A stretch of 64,000 bases of DNA. Source: a virus. The stretch's first letter is position 1; each line of letters opens with the position of its first letter. The position numbers and the translations under genes are program-made. The stretch is from IMG/VR virus record IMGVR_UViG_3300023094_000009, positions 32,001 to 96,000 of that record; one strand, 5' to 3'. Shown here in pieces: positions 53,101 to 61,683 of the stretch. The notes under the pieces are model-generated. The model was not told where the DNA came from. It searched no databases and saw only the letters and a program-made list of their open reading frames with translations.

Positions 53101-55789
53101 CAAACTGAGTGATAAGGTCATCTCCCCTGTATCCAATTTTTTCAAGGATTGGATTGATTGTTGCCTCATTTGCTCTCAGTTCTTTTTTCGCCTCTTCCGA
53201 CATTGAATACGGAGAGCCAAGAATTGAACTTATTAGTCCTTTGCCTTCCCTTGAAGAATAGAAATTGGTTGCTGCCATTCTTCGTATGGTATCTGAAGCA
53301 TTTGCTTCTAAAGCCAAATACCCGTCAAACTGATCTAAAAGAAATTCCAACTCCCTTGCTTCTTTTGTCTTTCCTGTAGCTCTTAGGGTTTCTACATATT
53401 GATTTAGACTTGCATATCTTTCTGATAGTTGATTGATAGTGGGAACTTGTGAAGTTTCACCATAAGATATTGTTTCCAGCCTCTTGTTCAGAGCAGTTTC
53501 TAAAACTTCCTGCCTTGCGGTGCTCTTTATTAGCTGGTTTGATAGAGCAACTTGTTTTTTAGATAACTCCTTTGCCAGCACTTCATTGCCCTCAACTGAT
53601 TGCATCTGTGCTCCAACTTCTGCAATTGCCGTAGTAAGCTCAGCTATTTCATTCTTAGTCTGTTCATATTCTGCATAGGCATTGTCTTGTTCATTCTGTA
53701 ATTCATTGAAGAACTTTAAAGTACTGTAAGCACCTTCCTCTCCTGTCAAGGCAGAAATGTTGTCTCCGATTGTATTTACAATGTCCCCTGCCTTGAAACC
53801 TTGCATAAGAGCCAAAGTGGTAGCATCTTTCAATTCAATTACTTGCCCATTAGGTAGTCTGGAATTTTCAATACCTAAAGATTCAACTGTCTTGTTTGCT
53901 TTCTGGTACAATGTGTAGTCCCTCTGGAATCCAGCCTTTAGGGAATCTTTGTACTCCCGAACCTGTGCTTCACTTTCAAATCCCAAATTTCTTTGCTGTT
54001 CCTGCGTGAATTCCAATCCATCAACAGAAGCTTCGAAATCTGCAATTGTATCTGCATATCCCTTCAATCCTTCGTTTGCTTTTATGAAGGAATAGTTAAT
54101 TGCAGAATCTTCAAGTATAGTAAACTCTGCCTGATTGGTCTCCTTTGTTATCTGAAAATTACCAATTGAGTTTGCCCTGTTCAAGTCACGGAATTTTCCA
54201 ATGTACTTGTTATATTCTTCAACAGACTTGTCAATGGAGTTCAATTGGGATGCGTAGCTGTTTTTACCTAGCCCCTGAACTCCAAAAGATGCGCCTTCCA
54301 TTCCTCTTACACCTAAAGCGGTGAGAGGTTTTGAAATTGCTGCGCCTACATTTCCTCCTGCAAGTCCTATAATACCTCCAATAACCACTTCCTTAAGTCC
54401 TTCCTTGGTTGTATATTGCTCCACAAAAGATTCTTGAAGTGCATTGGCAAAGGAGTGGATATCGGCTGTTTTAGGATCATATTTTGCTTCCAAATACTTG
54501 GACATTGTTTTACCAAAAACTCCTTGCAAGCCTTCTTCAACCACACCCTCCCTTAAAACAGGCTTGGAAACATTTACCGCTCTGCCCAGCATTCTCTGCG
54601 CCTTCGTACCTTTGCTGAACACCTTGGTTCCGTCTGCCATTGTTGTCACTGACCTTCCAAGAATACCATCTTCAATTCCCAGCTTTGGAAACTTGATCAT
54701 TTTCAGATCAAACATTTTTGAATACATTGCAAAGTTTGTAACAGAAAGTAGTGCAGCATTTGCTCCAAATACCTTGTTGGCGGTACTCTCTGCATCTTTC
54801 ATGAAGGTTGTCAGGTCTTCTGCTGTAGGTAATTCTCCATAGGTGGTTTGATAATCACTGACATATTTATCTACAGCATCAGTGTAGCTGTGACGTGCTT
54901 CCATTCCGGCTTCAAATCCAACAGACTGACCCAAGAACCTTGCTGTCTTGAATACTTCCCCTGTACTTGCTCCTACATTTGTAGCTGTTGCAAATTTATC
55001 AATTGAACTTCTATTCAGTCTTCTTAGTGCGCGGGTTCCTATTTCCCTTTCTGCAACTCTTGTTGTTGCGGATATAAGGTCATCTGCATTATTTCTTGCT
55101 ACATTTACAGCTATGTTATCGGCTGATTTTGCAAGTCCTTTAATTCCAAGTCTTGCTCCTGCTTTGGCAAATGAACTTGGTAAAGATGCACCACCAGATA
55201 AAATTGCAAGAGGAACTTCACTCAATACTGTTCCTGCCACAAAAGCAAGCCCATTTCCTACATCATTGAACCAGAAGTTAGCTGTACCCATTTGTCCCAA
55301 AAGACTTTTGGCTTTTTCTTCATTTGAATAATAGTGTGCAAAGTTTCTGTCCAATCTTTTTGATTGCTCGTCAAGAAAATTGGATGCGTCATTATCCCAC
55401 AAAGCAGAAAGCTCTCCCTGTGAGATTGCACTTCCTAGTCCATAGGTTACTGTCGCTAAAGCATCAGCTGCTATGAGTCCTGTTTTTCCTAGGAATTTCG
55501 TTACACCATTTCCTGCTTTTTCTCCCCAGCTTTGTTGTTGGGCTAGACGATCTTCATTATCAAAAGCTCCAAGATAGTTGTCATATTTCAAAGCGGAAAC
55601 CCCGTACCTATCTGTTTCAGCAACAGCAGAGGTGGGAACATCATACTTCACATTCTCAATCCTACCCTTATCCCAAGGCATGTCAAGGACTCCTGAATAT
55701 TGGAAACCTTGGGGTTTTACAGCACCTCTTGTACCTCTTGATTGCAGATCTGCTTGTAGCTTATTTAAAACTTCTTCGTTTGTTGGCAT
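50132..55789 (-). CDS. giant putative virion/ejection protein with coiled coils and a GNAT-like insert
   Basis: 1885 aa; Gly/Ala-rich hydrophobic N-terminal part; coiled coils; GQGSG motif region. Confidence 0.65.
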   Translation of the reverse strand: MPTNEEVLNKLQADLQSRGTRGAVKPQGFQYSGVLDMPWDKGRIENVKYDVPTSAVAETDRYGVSALKYDNYLGAFDNEDRLAQQQSWGEKAGNGVTKFLGKTGLIAADALATVTYGLGSAISQGELSALWDNDASNFLDEQSKRLDRNFAHYYSNEEKAKSLLGQMGTANFWFNDVGNGLAFVAGTVLSEVPLAILSGGASLPSSFAKAGARLGIKGLAKSADNIAVNVARNNADDLISATTRVAEREIGTRALRRLNRSSIDKFATATNVGASTGEVFKTARFLGQSVGFEAGMEARHSYTDAVDKYVSDYQTTYGELPTAEDLTTFMKDAESTANKVFGANAALLSVTNFAMYSKMFDLKMIKFPKLGIEDGILGRSVTTMADGTKVFSKGTKAQRMLGRAVNVSKPVLREGVVEEGLQGVFGKTMSKYLEAKYDPKTADIHSFANALQESFVEQYTTKEGLKEVVIGGIIGLAGGNVGAAISKPLTALGVRGMEGASFGVQGLGKNSYASQLNSIDKSVEEYNKYIGKFRDLNRANSIGNFQITKETNQAEFTILEDSAINYSFIKANEGLKGYADTIADFEASVDGLEFTQEQQRNLGFESEAQVREYKDSLKAGFQRDYTLYQKANKTVESLGIENSRLPNGQVIELKDATTLALMQGFKAGDIVNTIGDNISALTGEEGAYSTLKFFNELQNEQDNAYAEYEQTKNEIAELTTAIAEVGAQMQSVEGNEVLAKELSKKQVALSNQLIKSTARQEVLETALNKRLETISYGETSQVPTINQLSERYASLNQYVETLRATGKTKEARELEFLLDQFDGYLALEANASDTIRRMAATNFYSSREGKGLISSILGSPYSMSEEAKKELRANEATINPILEKIGYRGDDLITQFEQILSENTDLSEREKFKIESMLRAQFAYDAIQRRVEESQQAILPLEEVTIEDTGDSIESAPTNARIAINNIEELSSLIEDITNEIDIITNKPTLENLRKIRENQSRIEELQKEISDIENGIVTPQVDEEQSNILGEPITTEVEDGTLYEFRNELGLLSGVLISPTEFRIDGISANEVGQGSGSIMFEALIELMSNQGVTTISTVSAGDGAQAMHQRAVDKGLLTEVSRDGRSATFEITQIGQPQAIENASEVQVGQTLRDVTGRISTVTAIDGDTIVMDRNGSEFRANPKMVELFTNSEVVEVVDSVVPINTESEIESRRQEIEAKETENNDLRTPFKFLESEGYKSYLKLLKKRVNQGTLTLDEQDEFETLENQVNQWISILGTTRDQLELSDLIKQLVALENSPVDFAPDVVEATDEEVIEDARIVNKSQNRNLAVGQNYEVAVSQEVLENGVVLTSIHNYTLDAFIALTGVEILETEVEEDPVTKAFKITREIVDRINQAGKIRITSSSVDETSTYYSMIRKSVTSMDGVQSWVPLNSDYDNDISREDVFNVRDGEILTLAVDPNNDWNRSIFDAIIRENANSIITDEQRENAIELEFQKNLNKNKTVIKLQAELLSLNNLPKTTANQSKINKKTQQVRDLTATIREKAENTIEAKESQSTTLRISPELRTRIATELRITAMNADTANVQVLKGTKGDDTGRFKGDDSKFASLRREIANDDAFLMSLILNNNETPSEYTIKVKNVYAGLPNFNTIIDEDVVLRQSRPIREQDLDKIADIGYVQNGKLYTRTSIDSIDKTFINTAVIANRSSKTPVVIIRQGVKHIAFPVRVSRNASPIDLNEFQGLFNNETLEGSEKAIRLNSILARAGIDVTQTGNAFIDLGNGLSSEAFDNLFSQLSEKQYLSSVDGWNDSRTSIAEALIGNVTISLDMSAPFVSPKIKFDLASIETVIEETPETQDKKKKSATQSAVNTVNEKAGLKNFNFCK

Positions 55790-55798
55790 AGTTATTTT

Positions 55799-55828
55799 CC
55801 CTTTGGCATTAAATCACTAAAATGTACC
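55799..55828 (+). repeat. left terminal inverted repeat
   Basis: CCCTTTGGCATTAAATCACTAAAATGTACC. Confidence 0.75.
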
Positions 55829-55886
55829 AGACAAAATGCTGATTTTTAGTCTTTTATGCGTATTTTTTTGAATAAAGTTATTAATT

Positions 55887-56297
55887 TTATCTGATAAATC
55901 TGCCAAAAAAGACATTTCTTTCAGAGTTTATCGGATGTTTTTTTATCCATTCATCATATGTTTCTAACGAATCAAGTCTTTTTTCGAACTTGTCCATCCC
56001 TGAAGTGACAAATTCTTCTGAGTAATCCTGAAGGCATACATTATCTTCTCCCTGAATAAGCATGTCCATGCTGTCAACCTTGAATTTGTAAGATTCTCCC
56101 AAGTAATGAAATTCGTATTCTGTCAGTTCTTTATATTTAACCTTGTTTTCTATTTCCCGCGCCAGAGAAGAAAGTTTGTCAGCATCGTAACTTTCCTGTT
56201 TGCTTCTATGTAGTATTGTTCTTAAAATGCTACTTTTAAGTCCAGATTCCCGATCTTTGAACTGTCGGCGTACACTAACTGTAAATTTATTTTCCAT
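55887..56297 (-). CDS. hypothetical passenger protein
   Basis: 136 aa ORF. Confidence 0.55.
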   Translation of the reverse strand: MENKFTVSVRRQFKDRESGLKSSILRTILHRSKQESYDADKLSSLAREIENKVKYKELTEYEFHYLGESYKFKVDSMDMLIQGEDNVCLQDYSEEFVTSGMDKFEKRLDSLETYDEWIKKHPINSERNVFFGRFIR

Positions 56298-56595
56298 GAA
56301 TGATTATGTTAAAGAAAGAGATGTTGAAAAAGCCACTGGCCTGAGAGCTATACACTATTCCTATCCTTCTGGACAAGGGCTCTTATACCTAACTGGTTAT
56401 TTCATTGTAGAGAGATTTAAGATCTCCTCTAAGCTAAGTCTGGATTATAAGCTGACTCAAATTCTCGATGTTGTTGATTATATCGAAACAGGTGTAGTTA
56501 AAAGTACAAAGGTATATTCTTTAGAAGGCGATGAACTGCTATTGTCATCTCAGAATCCCCTTCCACTATTACCTGAATATGTTGTAAAAGAATAG
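56296..56595 (+). CDS. hypothetical passenger protein
   Basis: 99 aa from ATG 56296, in frame with track ORF 56200..56595. Confidence 0.45.
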   Translation: MNDYVKERDVEKATGLRAIHYSYPSGQGLLYLTGYFIVERFKISSKLSLDYKLTQILDVVDYIETGVVKSTKVYSLEGDELLLSSQNPLPLLPEYVVKE

Positions 56596-56622
56596 CAACT
56601 ACATTCTGTTGTCTTAAGGCGG

Positions 56623-56673
56623 GGTGTGAGATCACTTAAATGTACCAGCTAAGATACTGGTTTTTAGTTTTTA
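56623..56673 (+). repeat. internal degenerate copy of the left element end
   Basis: direct repeat of about 55805-55856 (ATCACTwAAATGTACCAG...TTTTTAGT). Confidence 0.7.
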
Positions 56674-57615
56674 AGATTTATTCTGAATAGTGCTATTTTT
56701 TAACCAAATTTTGAAATGATTACTGCCAATGAATTTAAGGACTGTACTTTTGTCAAACAGTATAGTCAATAAGTGGTATGCTGTTAGTACATATTCTTGA
56801 AGATCTTGAGAGTCCTCTAAATCTTCAACACAAAGGCCTTGGCTTTTAGCCTCGATCCGATCAATCCTTCTTCCATGACTTTTCTTTTTGTGACCATCTA
56901 CTGAACCACGGCTAAAGTGTGCAGAGACAGCTTCGCTTTTCTTTTTAGCTCCTGCTATCCCCTTAAATACATAACTCTCCAACCAATCTGCTACAATTTG
57001 TTCAGAATATTCAACAGCGTTTTGGGACTCTTGAAGCAATGCTGGCCCCATTGTTGAGAGTGTGGGTGCCCATAAGTGAGCTTGAACGCTATTTTCTAAA
57101 ATATCCTGCTTTGCTCTTTCAAACTGATCAATTATGGCTAAAGCAGAAACAAAGCGTCCGTTAAGGTTCATTTGTGGATCAATTGGCCCTAATTGGCTTT
57201 GCCTTCCCATAATGATTCTATCACAAGAAAGACTTATCATAGTACCTGCGGACATCGCATAAGTAGGTATAATTACTTCAATATCCTTAAATTTGGATCT
57301 AAGATACGAAACAATAGTTTCTGTCGCATTTGTAACTCCTCCAGGTGTATGGAGTAGTATGGTTAGACCTTTTGTGAAATCCATTCCATGTATGACGGAC
57401 ATAAAGCCATTTATGTCCTCTGATGTAATTGATAAAGTCCCTTGATTTGCTGTGGGTTTTTGGAGAAAAGCTGAAGCATAAAAAATCACATTCCTACCTT
57501 CCCTAAGTGTAGAGATTTTGTTAAGCTCTTTTACAAGGTTATCAACTAACCAGTTGACCACGACGTCTTTATCTAAAGTTTCTACCTTGGAAACTAAATC
57601 TGTCCATGAAGGCAT
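56671..57615 (-). CDS. SDH-family ClpP-fold serine peptidase
   Basis: LHTPGG, AMSAGTMISL, LGPIDPQ, SHGRRI. Confidence 0.88.
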   Translation of the reverse strand: MPSWTDLVSKVETLDKDVVVNWLVDNLVKELNKISTLREGRNVIFYASAFLQKPTANQGTLSITSEDINGFMSVIHGMDFTKGLTILLHTPGGVTNATETIVSYLRSKFKDIEVIIPTYAMSAGTMISLSCDRIIMGRQSQLGPIDPQMNLNGRFVSALAIIDQFERAKQDILENSVQAHLWAPTLSTMGPALLQESQNAVEYSEQIVADWLESYVFKGIAGAKKKSEAVSAHFSRGSVDGHKKKSHGRRIDRIEAKSQGLCVEDLEDSQDLQEYVLTAYHLLTILFDKSTVLKFIGSNHFKIWLKNSTIQNKS

Positions 57616-57809
57616 TAGCGTAGTGTGATATTAAGTGGATAACTAGCGTCTCTGTACAACGATTCATCTTGTATACATTCCTTTGTAATTTGTAACAGAT
57701 CATAGGAATTTAATTCAAGATATACATTGTATTGAGCTGATACCTCATTTAGTATCACTGTGATATCTTTATTTTTGGGATATTCTTTATTTGATTCGAG
57801 TGAATTCAT
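57615..57809 (-). CDS. small protein translationally coupled to the SDH peptidase
   Basis: 64 aa; its stop overlaps the peptidase ATG (TAATG). Confidence 0.55.
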   Translation of the reverse strand: MNSLESNKEYPKNKDITVILNEVSAQYNVYLELNSYDLLQITKECIQDESLYRDASYPLNITLR

Positions 57810-57894
57810 GTTATTCAGTGTGTTGGTTTCTGCAAAGAAACAATTTTTAAGTTATTGTTGGACTACCACTCATCACTAATTAATGATATTTCTA

Positions 57895-58029
57895 TTACTT
57901 CTCTTTCTTAGGCTTCACCACAACCTTCTTCAGAACCTCGCTAAAGCCTTCCTTCAGTTCTTTGTCACCATACTTCTTGGTGAGCTGTTCGTCCGATAAA
58001 GCTTCTTTCTTTTTCTTCTTTTCTGCCAT
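57895..58029 (-). CDS. small basic peptide downstream of the transposase
   Basis: 44 aa MAEKKKRKKALSDEQLTKKYG...FSEVLKKVVVKPKKEK. Confidence 0.5.
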   Translation of the reverse strand: MAEKKKKKEALSDEQLTKKYGDKELKEGFSEVLKKVVVKPKKEK

Positions 58030-58135
58030 AGGGCTTAAATTTACTGAATCTGTTGCTTGACAGACATGTATTTAACTTCCATTTAACCTTTTAAAGGTAC
58101 GGATAGTCCTTGTTTATTCCAAATAAATGGCTTTG

Positions 58136-59098
58136 TTATACATTTTTTGAAATGAGGTCTTTGTATTTCAGTCTTTTTTGTGCCATTTTCACGAGAGAGT
58201 TATTAAACTTTTGCCCTGCGTTGTCTTCGCGCCCGTTGAACCGGAAAGACATCTCATCACAATACATCTGAAGATGCTTGCGGGAAACATGGAAATAGGT
58301 TCCCTTGATGCTCCTCTTTAAATGACTCCAGAAATTTTCTACATTGTTGCTTGAGAAACCGCTTTCCGTGGCATACTGTTTCAGGTTGTGGTTTACATAC
58401 TGGTGGTCATAGTCTGCATTAAGTCCTGTGTATCCCATCCATTCATCTGTTACGATTGTAGCTCCGGCTTGCACCAGTTCTTTCACCAGTGGCTTCAAAG
58501 TTTCTCCCTGCGTATTTGGAATAACTCTTGTATATATCTTGTTGTCCTGTATCATTCCAAACACTGGAGTTTTATCCTTGTAGGATCTTCCTTGCGAATT
58601 TTTGACTTTCTTGTTTTTGTGGCGATTTTTGTTGCTGCCTCCTACAAAGCTCTCATCCATTGTAGCAACAGAAAGAGACTTTTCAGGAATAGCCTGAACA
58701 TAGGATGCACGAAGCCTGCTTAACATGAACCAAGCAGTCTTTTGTGTAACTCCAAGGTCTTCTGCAAGCTGATAAGAACTGATTCCACGCTTGTGAGAAG
58801 CGAAAATAAATATGGCGATAAACCATGTCCTTAGAGGAATCGGGGAACTTTCAAATATGGTTCCCACTCTTATGGTGTATCTCTTTTTACATCCTCCGCA
58901 TTTGTATAATCCGTTGAACTCTCCTTTTACATTCAGTTTGTATTGCTTTGTTTCCTTGCAATGAGGACACACTGGATTACCTTGCCAGATTGTGTTCTCA
59001 AGATATTCCCTGCAAGATGTTTCATCTGGCAATTGCTTCAGCATTTGAACTAATGATTTGAACTCTAGATTATACATAACTTCAAGTTTTAAATACAC
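58136..59098 (-). CDS. IS1595-family (ISXO2-like) DDE transposase
   Basis: Zn ribbon CPHC..CGGC; HTH (QKTAWFM); MDESFVGG, VTDEW, NNVENFWS; HVSRKHLQ.Y..E..FRFN. Confidence 0.95.
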   Translation of the reverse strand: MYLKLEVMYNLEFKSLVQMLKQLPDETSCREYLENTIWQGNPVCPHCKETKQYKLNVKGEFNGLYKCGGCKKRYTIRVGTIFESSPIPLRTWFIAIFIFASHKRGISSYQLAEDLGVTQKTAWFMLSRLRASYVQAIPEKSLSVATMDESFVGGSNKNRHKNKKVKNSQGRSYKDKTPVFGMIQDNKIYTRVIPNTQGETLKPLVKELVQAGATIVTDEWMGYTGLNADYDHQYVNHNLKQYATESGFSSNNVENFWSHLKRSIKGTYFHVSRKHLQMYCDEMSFRFNGREDNAGQKFNNSLVKMAQKRLKYKDLISKNV

Positions 59099-59233
59099 TG
59101 AGAAGTTACGATATTTTACTGGAGTTCCCTAGCTTTTTAACATTAGTTACGTGTAATTATAATAAATTGTTATTTATCCACATTTCGTTTTTGATTAATA
59201 TTCTGTCATATCTTTGATGAATAAATCATCCGA

Positions 59234-59830
59234 ATGTGTTATCAAGTAAGACAAACTTCAAGTAAAAAGGATATTGAAAGAAGGTTTAGTGCCGATTTCC
59301 TTACTGTTATTCCTGATTATCAGCGTGAAGAAGTGAGTGGTTTCACGCATCCAAAAATGCCTGTTATTGCTAACAGCATGGTTGACAAAATACAGCTTTT
59401 TCAATGGGGACTGATTCCGCAGAACCAGAAAAATACACTGAATGCAAGAATTGAAACAATAAGGGAAAAACCGTCCTTCAGGAATTTTGTAAACCAGAAA
59501 TGTCTGATACTTGTTAATGGCTTCTATGAGTGGAAGCATGTACCGGGAGAGAGGCATGACAGACATAAATACCTTCTTTCGTTGCCTGACAACGGATCAT
59601 TTGCTCTTGCGGGATTGTGGAGCGAATGGGAATTCCTGAATGGAGAGAAATATAGAACCTTTACCGTCATTACTACAGAAGCCCAAGGTATAATGAGAGA
59701 AATACACAATACTAAGCTCAGGATGCCTGTTATACTCAAAAGGGAAATTGAAATGGATTGGCTTATGGGTAAGCGTACAGCTAAGCTTCATACGGATTTG
59801 GTTGCTACCAAGATTTTCCCTTTATTCTAG
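59234..59830 (+). CDS. SOS response-associated peptidase (SRAP/YedK/HMCES family)
   Basis: Cys2 N-terminus, WGLIP, NARIET, GFYEW, AGLW, IH..RMPVIL. Confidence 0.92.
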   Translation: MCYQVRQTSSKKDIERRFSADFLTVIPDYQREEVSGFTHPKMPVIANSMVDKIQLFQWGLIPQNQKNTLNARIETIREKPSFRNFVNQKCLILVNGFYEWKHVPGERHDRHKYLLSLPDNGSFALAGLWSEWEFLNGEKYRTFTVITTEAQGIMREIHNTKLRMPVILKREIEMDWLMGKRTAKLHTDLVATKIFPLF

Positions 59831-60057
59831 TTAAACAAATCTTTAAGCTCTACGTCCAGCGCTTTTGATATTTTGATAAGAGTCTTTACTGTTGGATTCT
59901 GTTTTCCGCGTTCAATCTCACCTAACTTGGATAATGGTACACCAGAATCAATGGATAAGTCAAGTTGCCTCATATCTTTTTCCATACGAAGAAACTTAAT
60001 CTTGTTCCCAAGATCTAACAAGTAGTGGTCATCATTCATTTGGGTACAATAAAGCAT
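59827..60057 (-). CDS. XRE-family HTH regulator
   Basis: LGNKIKFLR...IERGKQNPT...ISKAL; the true start may be 60039. Confidence 0.9.
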   Translation of the reverse strand: MLYCTQMNDDHYLLDLGNKIKFLRMEKDMRQLDLSIDSGVPLSKLGEIERGKQNPTVKTLIKISKALDVELKDLFN

Positions 60058-60076
60058 ATTTAGTTGAAAGACAACA

Positions 60077-60176
60077 ACCCTTATAAGGAATATAGGCTAA
60101 TTTATATCCATTATTTTTAACACATAAAATAGTAATTTGTTTTATTTTTAACTATTAACACCCTTATAAGGGATAT
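60077..60176. promoter_or_regulatory. pair of palindromic operators CCCTTATAAGG(G/A)
   Basis: 17 bp near-identical copies at 60077-60093 and 60160-60176 between the divergent XRE and lipoprotein genes. Confidence 0.7.
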
Positions 60177-60235
60177 TTGTCTAACTTTGTATAGGTTTGA
60201 CATACTTCAGTGTTAGGCTTTTATTGCCACTTATT

Positions 60236-60475
60236 ATGAAAAAGCTACTTATTATCACTTCAGTTTCTTTATTAATCCTCTCTTCCTGCAACAAGGACTA
60301 CAATTGTGTCTGCTCGCTTTATAACGAACAAGGGCAAACCGTAGCAACTGAAGAATACAATTCAACTCAGTACAAGAAAAAGGATAAAGACGAGGCAGAG
60401 AAGAGTTGCAAGGATCGCGATGTTGCGCCTAATGGGGCGTTCGGTGAAATGGGTCGTAAATGTGAGCTGAGATGA
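60236..60475 (+). CDS. small Cys-rich lipoprotein
   Basis: MKKLLIITSVSLLILSS-C lipobox; 4 further Cys. Confidence 0.8.
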   Translation: MKKLLIITSVSLLILSSCNKDYNCVCSLYNEQGQTVATEEYNSTQYKKKDKDEAEKSCKDRDVAPNGAFGEMGRKCELR

Positions 60476-61044
60476 CATCTACAAAAACTATCAGAAATGA
60501 TTTTACAAACGAGGAAAAACTTGCTTGTCTTACAGTACTTCACCTACTGATTGAATCAAGTGAGCCTCGATTTAAAAATACAAGAAAAGGTGTGCTTATT
60601 CATAATGCCAAACTATTTGGTGTGTATGACTTTATGTTAGAAGAATACATAGAAAATGTGACTTCAGAATCCTTGAAGAAAGACTTATCATTAAGCAACA
60701 CAAAAGTGGAGTATCTTATAGCTATGACTTATGAGATGCTAAACTCAGCAGGGTTTACCAAAAACGATATAGTGAACGCAGAAAATCTATTCCTTAGAGC
60801 TGTAGGTGTAACTCCTGATGAACTTCATGCATCTTTAGAAAGAGTTAGAATTTTTACTAAAAAGTTTAACGAAAGGACTCATGCAAGTCAAGTACATCCT
60901 TCAAACAATGCTGTAAGTCGTACTTATCAAAGAATGGCAATTCAAGCTCAAGATCCTAATCAAAATAGCTTTTCTTTGAACAACATTGTATTCATTATTT
61001 TCACCGCTTTAGCTATTTTGGGTCTTGTAAGTCTGTGTAGCTAA
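60472..61044 (+). CDS. hypothetical protein with C-terminal TM anchor (possibly TerB-like fold)
   Basis: 190 aa; hydrophobic C-terminus; fold guess is weak. Confidence 0.5.
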   Translation: MTSTKTIRNDFTNEEKLACLTVLHLLIESSEPRFKNTRKGVLIHNAKLFGVYDFMLEEYIENVTSESLKKDLSLSNTKVEYLIAMTYEMLNSAGFTKNDIVNAENLFLRAVGVTPDELHASLERVRIFTKKFNERTHASQVHPSNNAVSRTYQRMAIQAQDPNQNSFSLNNIVFIIFTALAILGLVSLCS

Positions 61045-61081
61045 AAGCTTATTTTTGTGATAACTCTAAATAATAATCGCT

Positions 61082-61396
61082 ATGAAAGAAGAAAATTTGA
61101 AAACACTCAATGAAAAATACAACACTATTTTAAACGATTTTAAAACCTTCGCTGAAAATTATGAAGGTAAAAATCTTAGTGAAGATTTCCAATCTGAGTT
61201 TAAGGAGCGGTACGACGATATTAGTTCTAGTTTTTCAGATATTATACGCAGACAAGTTAAAGTATCAAAAGAGGAGGGTGTTCATGTTATAGAAAACCTT
61301 CCAATCTTAAAAAACATACACAGATTAAATAACATTCTTATGATGACATACGAAGCTTATTTAAAGGTCGCCTTCCATGAGAAGGCTGTAAACTAA
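61082..61396 (+). CDS. hypothetical protein
   Basis: 104 aa ORF. Confidence 0.55.
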   Translation: MKEENLKTLNEKYNTILNDFKTFAENYEGKNLSEDFQSEFKERYDDISSSFSDIIRRQVKVSKEEGVHVIENLPILKNIHRLNNILMMTYEAYLKVAFHEKAVN

Positions 61397-61632
61397 CTTA
61401 GGTGTCATAAAAACTCTCATAGGACTGTCTGATTCAATAAGCATCCTGTTCAAGCTAAATACCATATCTTGAATGCGTGTGTGCATCAAGGTTTCTGGTG
61501 AATGTTTTGATTGTTGTTTTTTGATAAACTCTAAATGTTCTTCTGATTCGATTCCAACTGTGAATCTTTCAATATATTTTTCTTCCATTTTTCGGCGAAA
61601 TTCCGGCAAAAAACTGAAAAAACAACTTACGC

Positions 61633-61662
61633 GGTGCTTTTTAGTATATTAGTGCCAAAGGG
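61633..61662 (-). repeat. right terminal inverted repeat
   Basis: reverse complement CCCTTTGGCACTAATATACTAAAAAGCACC. Confidence 0.75.
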
Positions 61663-61683
61663 TTAATATAAATTTTGTTGATG

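Larger units (their letters stand above)
55799..61662. mobile_element. IS1595-family transposon with passenger genes
   Basis: 30 bp imperfect inverted repeats (24/30) at 55799-55828 and 61633-61662 enclose the transposase and mixed-orientation cargo. Confidence 0.75.

Noticed and set aside
41862-55789. Giant proteins as crAss-like virion RNA polymerase subunits
   Set aside because: No DxDxD/DFDxD catalytic motif seen in either protein; size alone is not enough
42550-55820. Many + strand ORFs opposite the giant genes, and - strand ORFs in the early arm
   Set aside because: Antisense shadows with Ser/Leu/Phe-rich composition and no motifs
55791-61670. Target-site duplication for the IS1595 element
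   Set aside because: The flanks (GTTATTTT / TTAATATA, or TTCCCTTT / AAAGGGTT if the ends are GGC) are not direct repeats, so exact ends are uncertain by about 6 bp
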